Made by a program: the position numbers and the translations under genes. Below are positions 26,491-35,152 of a DNA stretch of 40,000 bases, piece by piece. How positions within the stretch are numbered: position 1 is the stretch's first letter; each line of letters begins with the position of its first letter. Source of the stretch: Sulfuriferula plumbiphila (GTDB lineage Bacteria; Pseudomonadota; Gammaproteobacteria; Burkholderiales; Sulfuriferulaceae); assembly GCF_009938015.1 (NCBI RefSeq), contig NZ_AP021884.1, forward strand, positions 2,504,585-2,544,584, given 5' to 3'. The notes beneath the pieces are model-generated. The model saw only the letters and a program-made list of their open reading frames with translations. It was not told the origin of the DNA and did no database searches.

Positions 26491-26961
26491 TCACAAATCT
26501 GATCGCTCTTTTGCACCGTTAGGTCGGCAATACCAGCTGAAGCCATGCTTCTCGAAGCCAAGCGATTCATAGAATTTATGCGCCCCTTCTCGTTTCAGAT
26601 GGCTCGATAAGGCGAGCTTGTAACAGCCTCTTTTTTTACAGCACGCCATCGCGAACCGCATCATCTTTTTTCCGATTCCTTTTCCTTGCCAATCGTCGGA
26701 AACGACAACATCTTCGACAATTCCAAAAGGCTTGCCGCCGTGCGCCAGGCTATCGATTATGATCAACGCGAAAGTACCGGCAATTACTCCGGCAGATTCA
26801 GCAATATAGACACGATAATCAGGATATTCCCGGTAGAGCAAAAATCGCAGCCGCGCTTTATCCAATGAAAGTTTTTTTGCAGGTCCGAATTCGAGCAGCA
26901 TATAAAGCTCAAGCAGCCGAGGCAGATCGGACAATACCGCTTCTCTAATGACGATTTTCAT
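26491..26961 (-). CDS. GNAT-family N-acetyltransferase
   Basis: The product is 156 aa. The acetyl-CoA loop WQGKGIGKKMM (Q/R-x-x-G-x-G/A) and a C-terminal YESLGF are present. Confidence 0.85.
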   Translation of the reverse strand: MKIVIREAVLSDLPRLLELYMLLEFGPAKKLSLDKARLRFLLYREYPDYRVYIAESAGVIAGTFALIIIDSLAHGGKPFGIVEDVVVSDDWQGKGIGKKMMRFAMACCKKRGCYKLALSSHLKREGAHKFYESLGFEKHGFSWYCRPNGAKERSDL

Positions 26962-27215
26962 TCCGCTGGCAACGCCTCACCTTCCAAAACCGAATACCTC
27001 AGTCGCTGCCAAAAATGACAGTGTGGGTATACCTGGATTTAACAGAAACGTTCACATCGATCCGAATATGCGACCCTGGTTTTCGCCTGCCTTCCTCCTT
27101 GGAGCCAATCTCCCAAGAAACGTCTGAACAGGTCGGACTACCCCGTCATATTCGCAAAAAGTTCGATGACACAGCAGACTTGAAAGCCCGCCCCGGGCGC
27201 GGTTCCGCCGCCTCT

Positions 27216-28076
27216 TTAAATCTCAAGCTTAAGCACCCGTTTTGCATTCTGATAGAGCACCTGGTCCAGAACTTCCTCTCTGAAGCCCAGCTCCCTGTAG
27301 TCCTCCAGTGATTGCCCCATTGCACGGAAAGGATATGAACTGCCGAACATCAGCTGGTCCTTCATGAAACCGTTTGCGGCCTCGACATAAAGGTTTCCGC
27401 CCGGAAGGAAGATGTACATGTCGGGTACGAGGTAAACGTTCTCATAGCGGAAGGCGACCCCTATTATTTCATTCACATACGGATAAAATCCGTGGTAGCA
27501 AACGATCGACAGATTTGGGAATGCGCGTGCAATCCGGCCCACTGGGGCGGGGTCGGTCAGTTCGAGACTGGGGGATGTCGGCCCCGACATGATGCAAACA
27601 GGAACGCCCAGCTGGTCACAGGCGTCGTAGATCGGATACAGCAGCGGATCGTCGGCCTTCATGGGAGTGCTGGCAAACCCGGGTTCCAGATTAATGCCCT
27701 TCAGCCCCAGTGTCTTGATAGCCCGCTCTACTTCGGTAGCCGAACCATTAATGCCCACTGAGCCAATACCAACGAGCTCCTTGTGTCCTCCGGTTATTTC
27801 ACTGATCTGATCGTTGGAATGTCTGATCCCTGGAGTGTCGCGGCCCACCACCACGGCTGCCGTTATACCGGTTTCACGGATCTCCTCCACAAATCCCGCA
27901 ACGGTCTTCGACCGGGTAAAGTGCTCATCATCTTTTGAGCCCACCCGCCGGTTTAGCCATTTAACAACCTCATATTCCTTCGTACCAGGCGTTGCGCCAT
28001 AAAAATCGTGCAGGAATGAAGGCCTGCTGCGCATATCTATTACTTTTTTTACTTTTCCTATTACTTTCTTTACCAT
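27216..28076 (-). CDS. amidohydrolase_2-family (ACMSD/LigW-like TIM-barrel) protein
   Basis: The C-terminal signatures LMFGSSYPF and LYQNAKRVL and an internal CYHGF fit the family. The ATG at 28076 has GGGAGA 7 nt upstream. The N-terminal metal motif is atypical (IDMRSRP). Confidence 0.72.
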   Translation of the reverse strand: MVKKVIGKVKKVIDMRSRPSFLHDFYGATPGTKEYEVVKWLNRRVGSKDDEHFTRSKTVAGFVEEIRETGITAAVVVGRDTPGIRHSNDQISEITGGHKELVGIGSVGINGSATEVERAIKTLGLKGINLEPGFASTPMKADDPLLYPIYDACDQLGVPVCIMSGPTSPSLELTDPAPVGRIARAFPNLSIVCYHGFYPYVNEIIGVAFRYENVYLVPDMYIFLPGGNLYVEAANGFMKDQLMFGSSYPFRAMGQSLEDYRELGFREEVLDQVLYQNAKRVLKLEI

Positions 28077-28406
28077 TTCCAAATCTCCCTATCTTAAAAA
28101 ATCCGGTTCAGTGTCATAACCAGTGTCAACTTGCTTCAATGGCAACGCGCGAGGCGCGATGTCTCTTACCTACTTCTACCCAACTTTTCTGGAAAAAATT
28201 ACTCAATGGCTGCTTAGTACTTAATACCTGTTTAATGCTGGCATGCAGGCTCCTCGTTCCTGCTGCGCTAATTGACGGAAACGTATTACCTCCCAATCAA
28301 TTGGAGTCGACATGACAACCGCAGCTCCCGTCAAGTCCAGGGCTTTGCGTTGACGCCACAGATTGGCGACATTAATCTGGTGGCGCATCTCTTCCCGGTC
28401 GTCTTG

Positions 28407-28622
28407 TTATGTTCTTGCGCCGATGGCGACATGGAAAATACCTGCACCAATGAACAGAATCATGCTTGCAGCCATGAACACATAGGCAATAACATTCCAC
28501 CGCCTGACACTGGGTTCCGATGCTGTGCCTCGTGCCTGACACCACGAAGCAAGCACAGCGCAAACCCCGCCAAGAACCGCGAGGATAACTATCGTTGTAC
28601 GGCTGAATAACCAATCCATCAT
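28407..28622 (-). CDS. small two-TM membrane protein (hypothetical)
   Basis: The product is 71 aa with two clear hydrophobic helices separated by a basic loop (QARGTASEPSVRRW). It starts 26 nt after the ABC ATPase stop on the same strand. The SD is weak. Confidence 0.35.
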   Translation of the reverse strand: MMDWLFSRTTIVILAVLGGVCAVLASWCQARGTASEPSVRRWNVIAYVFMAASMILFIGAGIFHVAIGART

Positions 28623-28647
28623 AGCGACTCAATATCACACTCTTTGC

Positions 28648-29562
28648 TTAACTACCCGGGCCAGTCTTGTCCGCGCGTCTTGAATAGGCTTCAACGAAAT
28701 CAGTTGCTGCCTTACTTCCGCCCGCAAACGATTTCATCGCTTCCTCGTGCAGCAGGGACAAGGCTTCCGTCTTCACTTCATTCGCACGCTTACTGTCAAA
28801 CACGAAAGCCAACCGTCTCGGCCGGGGCAAGTCGACTTCAATCGTAGCCCGGACCTGTCCGGGAATATTGGTCATGATCAGCAAGCGGTCAGCCAGGAAG
28901 ATCGCCTCATCAATATCCGTCGTAACAAAGAAATTGGTTCTCCGCGACTCCTCGTAGAGTCCTGCGTAATATTCCCACATCAACTCCTTGGACATACAAT
29001 CCAGGCCACGAAATGGTTCATCAAGAATCATGACTTCGGGGTCATTGATCATTGCACGGGCTAGTTCAGCACGGCGCTGCATGCCGCCAGAGAGCTGCGG
29101 CGGATATTTATTCCGGAACGCTGTTAAACCCACCTTTTCAAGCAGAAATTTGGCCAGGTCACGGGCTTGTTGCGTATCCTCGCCGCGCGCTCTGGGTCCA
29201 TACATTATGTTGTCATAGGTTGTCATCCACGGAAACAAGGCAGATTCCTGGAACACAACCAGGCGATCTCGATCAGGGCCGGTTATTGGCTTTCCATTTA
29301 TTTTAATACTGCCGGTCGTAGGCTTTTCAAACCCGGCCAGAAGTCGTATCAACGTACTTTTACCGCAGCCCGATGGGCCAATCATCACGGTAAGTTTGTT
29401 GCGCTCGATGGTAAATGAGCAGTCCTTGACTACTTCCTTCGTAAACAGCCCAGCACCATATGACTTGCTGACATTGCTTACCGTGATTTCACCGGCACTG
29501 ACCTGCGGCCTCAGGCTAGCCGATGAATCAGACAGATCATGGGAGATATTTGTCATATTCAT
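28648..29562 (-). CDS. ABC transporter ATP-binding protein (NitT/TauT-type importer)
   Basis: It has Walker A GPSGCGKST, the signature LSGGMQRR and Walker B VMILDEPF. The second ATG at 29556 has better SD spacing (AAGGA plus 7 nt). Confidence 0.9.
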   Translation of the reverse strand: MNMTNISHDLSDSSASLRPQVSAGEITVSNVSKSYGAGLFTKEVVKDCSFTIERNKLTVMIGPSGCGKSTLIRLLAGFEKPTTGSIKINGKPITGPDRDRLVVFQESALFPWMTTYDNIMYGPRARGEDTQQARDLAKFLLEKVGLTAFRNKYPPQLSGGMQRRAELARAMINDPEVMILDEPFRGLDCMSKELMWEYYAGLYEESRRTNFFVTTDIDEAIFLADRLLIMTNIPGQVRATIEVDLPRPRRLAFVFDSKRANEVKTEALSLLHEEAMKSFAGGSKAATDFVEAYSRRADKTGPGS

Positions 29563-29567
29563 ATCCT

Positions 29568-30392
29568 TTATCGTTTCTTCAACCAGGGTGTGACGAAGCC
29601 GCCGAGCGCACGCAAGGTCGCGCTACAAAGATAACCAGCAACGCCGATGCTGATCATGCCCACAACAATCTGTGCGTAGGAACCGCCCACATAGGAGTTC
29701 CAGATAAAAAAGCCGAGCCCACCGCCTGATCCGCCCGCCTGGCTGCCGCCACCCGAAATCATTTCCGCTGCGACCACCACCTCCCAGGTAATCCCCATGC
29801 CTACTGCAGCTCCGACGACAATCGAAGGTAGTGTTGCGGGAAAAACGACACGGCGGAAAATATCCCACTGCGAGGCTCCCATTGCTTGAGCCGATTGAAA
29901 ATACCGGATGTCGATCGATTTTGCGCCACCCAGCACATTGATCACGACAGTAAAAAACGCACCGAGAAAGGTAACAAAGGTGATGGACAATTCCTGCGTC
30001 GGCCAAAAGATGATCGATGCGGGGACCCAAGCCAGCGGCGGGATCGGACGCAATAGCTCAAAGGACGGGAAGGCCAGACTTCTAAACGTTTTGCTTACTG
30101 CCATGAGCAGGCCGAAGGGAATACCAATCAACATGGCAACAAGGAATCCCGTCAAAACCCGGATCAGGCTCATATACCAGCTTTGCCAATATCCCGAATC
30201 GCCAACCAGTCCGATCCATGCTTTGAGTACAGCGGTTGGAGCGGGCACCTGACCAATCCATGGCAGAGCAAAGCCTAGCCACTGCTTGGACTGCGAGCCC
30301 GCTTCCCATAGCACCAGAAACGCGACAATGCCGACAATTCCGCGCAGGGTAGAGCGGCTAAATAGTGTTTTTTTAAATCTGTTGAGGTTCAT
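29568..30392 (-). CDS. ABC transporter permease (BPD_transp_1, NitT/TauT-type)
   Basis: The product is a 274-aa polytopic protein. The EAA-like loop region reads QSAQAMGASQWDIFRRVVFPATLP. Confidence 0.85.
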   Translation of the reverse strand: MNLNRFKKTLFSRSTLRGIVGIVAFLVLWEAGSQSKQWLGFALPWIGQVPAPTAVLKAWIGLVGDSGYWQSWYMSLIRVLTGFLVAMLIGIPFGLLMAVSKTFRSLAFPSFELLRPIPPLAWVPASIIFWPTQELSITFVTFLGAFFTVVINVLGGAKSIDIRYFQSAQAMGASQWDIFRRVVFPATLPSIVVGAAVGMGITWEVVVAAEMISGGGSQAGGSGGGLGFFIWNSYVGGSYAQIVVGMISIGVAGYLCSATLRALGGFVTPWLKKR

Positions 30393-30398
30393 GTTCGC

Positions 30399-31262
30399 CT
30401 ACCCTTCTTTTTCGCCTGCTGCAAAAGACTTCTTGGCTTCTTCATGCACGAGCTCTATGACTTCATCCATCAGTTCGCGATACCGTGCGCTGGTCAGTAC
30501 GCTGTAATCGCGTGGATGAGGGATGTCGATGTCAAGAATCTTCTTTGGCTTGCAAGGCCGCGAAGACATGATGACTACTCGGTGGCCGAGAAAAATCGCT
30601 TCTTCCAAATCGTGGGTGATAAAGAAAATGGTGACCTTGTTCTTGTAGTAAATTTCCAGCAATGCCTCATGCATTACCGACTTGGTAAGCGAGTCGAGTG
30701 CGCGGTAAGGCTCATCGAACAACAGCACCTTGGGGTCGTTCATCAATGCCCGGACAATTTCCACCCGGCGGCGCAAACCGGAGGAAACTTCGCCCGGATA
30801 ATTGTTTTCGGTGCCACCCAGTCCGGCATCAGCCATCATGTTGCGGGCTTTTTCATAGATTTCTTTTTTGCTCATCTTGCCTTGCATCAGAGGGCCGAAA
30901 GCAATGTTTTCCAGGTTGGTTTTCCACGGGAACAGTGCGCCGTTCTGAAACACCACAATGCGGTCTGAGCCCGGCTCTGCCATGGGTTTATCCGGGCCAC
31001 ACAAGAGCTTGTCATCGAGGTAAATCTTGCCGGATGTAATACTGTGAAACCCGGCAATCGCATTCAACAAAGTGGTTTTCCCGCAACCGGATGGCCCTAC
31101 AATCATGCAGATTTCTCCTGCCGAGATATCCAGCGAACAATGATCCACCGCCATCACTGCGGCGCCTTCCGGGTCATAGATTTTGACGACATCCTCGATC
31201 CGGATTGCGCCCTGCGATATGGCTTTTTCCGACTTTGCGCTTGTTTCCAGTACATAGCTCAT
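30399..31262 (-). CDS. ABC transporter ATP-binding protein (second, distinct NBD)
   Basis: It has Walker A GPSGCGKTT, the signature VSSGLRRR and Walker B LLFDEPY. The ATG at 31262 overlaps the upstream stop by 1 nt (TGATG). Confidence 0.9.
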   Translation of the reverse strand: MSYVLETSAKSEKAISQGAIRIEDVVKIYDPEGAAVMAVDHCSLDISAGEICMIVGPSGCGKTTLLNAIAGFHSITSGKIYLDDKLLCGPDKPMAEPGSDRIVVFQNGALFPWKTNLENIAFGPLMQGKMSKKEIYEKARNMMADAGLGGTENNYPGEVSSGLRRRVEIVRALMNDPKVLLFDEPYRALDSLTKSVMHEALLEIYYKNKVTIFFITHDLEEAIFLGHRVVIMSSRPCKPKKILDIDIPHPRDYSVLTSARYRELMDEVIELVHEEAKKSFAAGEKEG

Positions 31263-32599
31263 CAACGGCCTCCCAAGGCAAGTTCACGTACCCGCCACTG
31301 CATCATGTAATCACCGATCATGCGCACCAGGGCGCTGGTGGAATAGCCAACCGCGCCAAGGGTGATCATGCCGATCACGATCGTCGGATAGCGAACCATC
31401 GTATAGGATGTATTGATCAGATAGCCAAGCCCGAACTGGCCGGAAACCATTTCTCCCGCCACCAGTGAAAACCAGGCGACACCGACGGATATTTGCAGGC
31501 CGGTAAAAATGAACGGCATGGCGCCCGGCACAATCACTTCCCTGAAGGATTGCCACCGACTCGCACCCAGGCATGAGGCCGCCCGAATATAGGACTCGTC
31601 GATAGAATCGACGCCGAGCATGGTATTCAGGGCGGTGGCGAAAAAAGAAGCGAGAAAAGTAAGAAAAATGACCGGGGTTTCGGAGCCGCTGAACATCAAG
31701 ATTGCCAATGGCACCCACGCGAGAACAGGGATGGGACGCAGGGTTTCAAAAAGAGGAAAGATGTATTCGCGAAACTTCTTGGACCAGCCCAAAAACAATC
31801 CGAGCGGCACACCTAAAAGTGTTGCCAGGAAAAACGCAATCCCCACACGGCGAACGCTGATCCAGATGTCATGGTAATACTCGGGGGTATAAAGCGACAC
31901 ACCATAGACTGGATTTTTACTGAAAAGCTCTTTTACAACCACGGTCAGTCCAGGCATATCTTCGAAGCGGGGCAATTTCCAGACCTCGACAGCGAAGTAC
32001 CAAAAGCCCAATAGAATCGCGAATCCGGTGATCATCAGATAAGGATCAGGGCTCTTCACCCACTGCGACACGCGAAACAGCGTCAAGGTCAAGCCGGTTG
32101 CCATGGTAGCTTGCAGCTGGGGCAGAGTCTGCTCTCCGGGGGGAAAATGACGCACCTGCGTAGCCACTGCTTCCGGCAGGGTAAATTCCTTGTTGATCAT
32201 GGTGGCAAAGCGGCTCATGACAACATCGCCAATAGAAGGGGACGCCTTGAAAAGATTGATCAGATCCTCGCCGTTAATCCGGATAAGCTCAGTCCGTTCC
32301 AGGCAGACGGTTTTCGCCAAACGTTTGCGCTGGCCTTCGAGCACGGCTGCCCATCCGAACACGCCGCCGCTGTATACGGTTTTATCCGGATGGATCGCAT
32401 GAGCGTCTATTCCGAGAGTGTGCTGCACGCTGCCTGAGGACACAACGTATATATCTTCAGCCTTATCACCTATTTGATAAAGTACATCGCCCCGCGCGTG
32501 TGACTCCCACTTAGCAAGCCCGGCGATAGCCAGGAGCATACTGTCCGGCACCATCTGGAACGGCATTGTGCGTTTCAACAAGGCTATGAGTTGTTCCAT
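31262..32599 (-). CDS. fusion protein: N-terminal cyclic-nucleotide-binding-like (CAP effector) domain plus ABC transporter permease
   Basis: The start at 32599 has GGAGGA 4 nt upstream. Residues about 1-135 show a cNMP-domain pattern (ARGDVLYQIGDKAEDIYVVSSGSV ... GGVFGWAAVLEGQRKRLAKTVCLERTELIRINGEDL). The C-terminal ~290 aa form a NitT/TauT-type permease (RAASCLGASRWQSFREVIVPGAMP). Confidence 0.8.
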   Translation of the reverse strand: MEQLIALLKRTMPFQMVPDSMLLAIAGLAKWESHARGDVLYQIGDKAEDIYVVSSGSVQHTLGIDAHAIHPDKTVYSGGVFGWAAVLEGQRKRLAKTVCLERTELIRINGEDLINLFKASPSIGDVVMSRFATMINKEFTLPEAVATQVRHFPPGEQTLPQLQATMATGLTLTLFRVSQWVKSPDPYLMITGFAILLGFWYFAVEVWKLPRFEDMPGLTVVVKELFSKNPVYGVSLYTPEYYHDIWISVRRVGIAFFLATLLGVPLGLFLGWSKKFREYIFPLFETLRPIPVLAWVPLAILMFSGSETPVIFLTFLASFFATALNTMLGVDSIDESYIRAASCLGASRWQSFREVIVPGAMPFIFTGLQISVGVAWFSLVAGEMVSGQFGLGYLINTSYTMVRYPTIVIGMITLGAVGYSTSALVRMIGDYMMQWRVRELALGGR

Positions 32600-32627
32600 T
32601 AATCCTCCGTGTGGCATATTTTTGGAT

Positions 32628-33743
32628 TCATTTAGGGGCTTTGGAAACGTCTTGTGCCTGGATGCTCCCCAGAGGTAAGCGAACACCGGCGTCCTTGGCA
32701 ATCTTGCGTGCGACCGAGTCATCCAGCACACCCGCAGGTGCCTGATCCACGTTGATTATTTTGTTCTTGTAAAGAAACTGGTAGATGCCGACGAGTTGAT
32801 TACGAATACGGTCGTCGAAGACAAACGGCTTTTCGTCCTTGATCGGACTGCCACCAGCGTATGCGGGTATCCTGCCGTATTCGGAGAACCAGGCCATCGG
32901 GACGGTAATCCCGTTGGTCTGCCCTTTGACGATCTCGGCAACCTTGACCCAGTTTTTCGGGTTCAGCACGAAGCGCTGCGCTTCCAGTTCGGTCTTCAAC
33001 CAGTCTTCGACGATATCCGGCCGCTGCTTCATGAAATCTTCGCGCATCGCGATAAAGCCGGAATCGGGCATGCCGAACGTATTCCCGGTGACTGCGTATT
33101 TCGCGATTCCCTCGCCAACCAGGTTGCCGATTCTCGATGCCGTGGGTTCCCAGAGCACAACGGCATCGAGTTTCTTCGCGCGCATGTTGGTGCTAAGAAC
33201 CTCGAGCGACTGGTTCATGATCGCCGCCGGCTTGATTTTTGATTTCTCTATAACGTAGCCCAGAAAGCGATCCGCGCAACTGCCTTTCGGTGTTGCAATG
33301 GTCTTGCCATTCAGCCACTTGACGGCTTCTTCGGGGGATTTGAAGTTCGGTGCGTCGGCGCGCACCATAATCACATTGCAACGCTGTCCCGGAGAAAATC
33401 CGGTGTTGGCCACCAGCTTGATTTTGGCCACATCCTGCTTGGTCGTTGCCACTACCGCAGGCATGTCGCCGAGATAACCAATTTGTTGCTTACCCGCGAG
33501 CATTTGATTGACGATGATCGAACCTTGCAGACCACCCTGGAATTGGACCTCGCTACCGGGGGGCAAATATTTCTTCCACAGTCCCAATGCGCGGATTACC
33601 GCTGCCGAGTACGAAACAGTGTCGTAGGGCTGGTAACCGACAGTCAGCTTCACTGGTTCGGCCGCGCGCACTGCAGTCAGCTGGACAACATTGAAAATTA
33701 TCAGTGCTAACGCAAGCATGGCGGTTTTAGCGTGTGATTTCAT
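32628..33743 (-). CDS. periplasmic substrate-binding protein (NMT1/THI5-like, NitT/TauT family), copy 1
   Basis: The ATG at 33743 has AAGGAG upstream. The signal peptide is MKSHAKTAMLALALIIFNVVQLTAVRA. The motif MLAGKQQIGYLGDMPAVVATTK is shared with copy 2. Confidence 0.85.
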   Translation of the reverse strand: MKSHAKTAMLALALIIFNVVQLTAVRAAEPVKLTVGYQPYDTVSYSAAVIRALGLWKKYLPPGSEVQFQGGLQGSIIVNQMLAGKQQIGYLGDMPAVVATTKQDVAKIKLVANTGFSPGQRCNVIMVRADAPNFKSPEEAVKWLNGKTIATPKGSCADRFLGYVIEKSKIKPAAIMNQSLEVLSTNMRAKKLDAVVLWEPTASRIGNLVGEGIAKYAVTGNTFGMPDSGFIAMREDFMKQRPDIVEDWLKTELEAQRFVLNPKNWVKVAEIVKGQTNGITVPMAWFSEYGRIPAYAGGSPIKDEKPFVFDDRIRNQLVGIYQFLYKNKIINVDQAPAGVLDDSVARKIAKDAGVRLPLGSIQAQDVSKAPK

Positions 33744-33865
33744 TACAGCTCCTTGATTATTATTATTAACTCGGCCATCAAATCTGGCGTGCATTTCGCC
33801 CTCAAACCCGCATGAATAAAGGGCTAGCTTAAGCGATTTGATGGTCGGCTCTATAGATATGTGAG

Positions 33866-35014
33866 CTACTTGCCTTTGTAGTCGGTTTCAGGCAACGCCT
33901 TAATCACGCCAACCGGGGATGTGAGTCCGCGCTCCTTCAATATTGCCTGGGTAAACTCCGGCATGACAGCGTCCGGCCGCAGCTTGTCCACATCGATACT
34001 CTTGATGGAGTGAAGAAACTTGGTCGCCCTCGTGATCAGGTCCGAAGCTTCCGGAGTGATTGTATAAGGCAGCACTAGCCGTACTGGCGTACCACCCTGA
34101 GCATCCGGAATCCTGCCGTACAGGGCACTCCACAGCTCCTTCTCTTTAAATCCGGTGGTTTGCGCCAACACCATGCGGATTACTGCATCGGCATTCTTCG
34201 GGTCCGCCATGTATTGCTCTGCATCCAGCTCTGCATTGAGCCACGCCTTGACCACATCCGGGCGCTGTTTGATGAGGTCGGCGCGCATCACCAGGAACGC
34301 GCCGTCGTGTTCATTCACCGCATTGCCGGACGCAATACGCTTGGCGAGACCTTCTGCCACCAGACGCGACGCGGTTGGCTCCCAGATGACCGCAGCATCG
34401 ATCTTGCCGACCCGAAAACCGCTGGTAATGACTTCAATGTTTTGATTCAGATAAGCCGAAGGCTTAACACCCATTTTCTCGAACACGGCTTGCGCGAAAC
34501 GGTCTGCGCAGGCGCCCTTGGGCACCGCCACCTGTTTTCCGTTCAGCCAATTGATGGCCTCTTTCTGATTGGCAAACTTCGGGGCGTCGGTTCTTGCGAG
34601 AAAGTTGTTGCATTGATCAACGCCCAAACCCACTGTCGCAACGATGCGCAAATCCGCGACATTCTCTTTGGTGGTAGAGACGATAGCCGGCATGTCTCCC
34701 ATGTAACCGATTTGCTGTTTGCCGGCGAGCATTGCATTGACGATAATGGCACCCTGCAAGCCGACCGCGAACTCCACGGTTGATCCCTTGGGCAAGTATT
34801 TTTCATAAAACTTCATGGGCCGCATCACCACACCGGACCAGGACTCCGTATAGTAAGGCTGGTAACCCACCACCAAATGGACTGGACTCCCCACCTTGCC
34901 GTAATCCAGTTCACCCGCGAACGCGGAAGACACGCTGCCCCCCGCGGTAAAGCCAAAAATCGTGGCCAAGACTACTAACGTGACACGTACCCATCGATTA
35001 ATAAAGCATGCCAT
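33866..35014 (-). CDS. periplasmic substrate-binding protein (NMT1/THI5-like, NitT/TauT family), copy 2 (paralogue)
   Basis: AGGAGGAG lies 6 nt upstream of the ATG. The signal peptide ends SSAFA. By eye roughly half of the residues are identical to copy 1 (VGYQPY, MLAGKQQIGYMGDMPA, WLNGK, PKGACADRF, WEPTASR). Confidence 0.85.
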   Translation of the reverse strand: MACFINRWVRVTLVVLATIFGFTAGGSVSSAFAGELDYGKVGSPVHLVVGYQPYYTESWSGVVMRPMKFYEKYLPKGSTVEFAVGLQGAIIVNAMLAGKQQIGYMGDMPAIVSTTKENVADLRIVATVGLGVDQCNNFLARTDAPKFANQKEAINWLNGKQVAVPKGACADRFAQAVFEKMGVKPSAYLNQNIEVITSGFRVGKIDAAVIWEPTASRLVAEGLAKRIASGNAVNEHDGAFLVMRADLIKQRPDVVKAWLNAELDAEQYMADPKNADAVIRMVLAQTTGFKEKELWSALYGRIPDAQGGTPVRLVLPYTITPEASDLITRATKFLHSIKSIDVDKLRPDAVMPEFTQAILKERGLTSPVGVIKALPETDYKGK

Positions 35015-35152
35015 GATGAACTCCTCCTATTGTTAAATACTTCCCAAATAGGGTCGTATTAAAAATACGCTTCTTTGTTAGTTCCCGTTCGTATCCAGAT
35101 GAGGTGGGAACTGACGTTGGCGTAAAATCTCCTTAGCAAGTTAAAGCTTGGG

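Noticed and set aside
26029-26494. Two overlapping frame-broken minus-strand ORFs (105 aa and 73 aa), considered as the C-terminal remnant of an IS3-family OrfB. I noted IVDGDHLGQLS versus the D-x-G-x-Q-Y-x-S region, AERRFF versus the ERFF region, and GLGCPDERF versus the LGYLSPEQF region.
   Set aside because: - The motif order is right, but the spacing between the first two is about 10 residues too short.
- The matches are short, and I could not find a convincing inverted repeat.
- I left it unannotated. An ISfinder or blastx search would settle it.
27181-27200. Hairpin GCCCG-GGG-CGGGC followed by TTTCA on the minus strand, 17 nt after the amidohydrolase stop, as a possible intrinsic terminator
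   Set aside because: The stem is only 5 bp, the loop 3 nt and the T-run 3 nt. This is below what I would accept as a rho-independent terminator without energy calculations.
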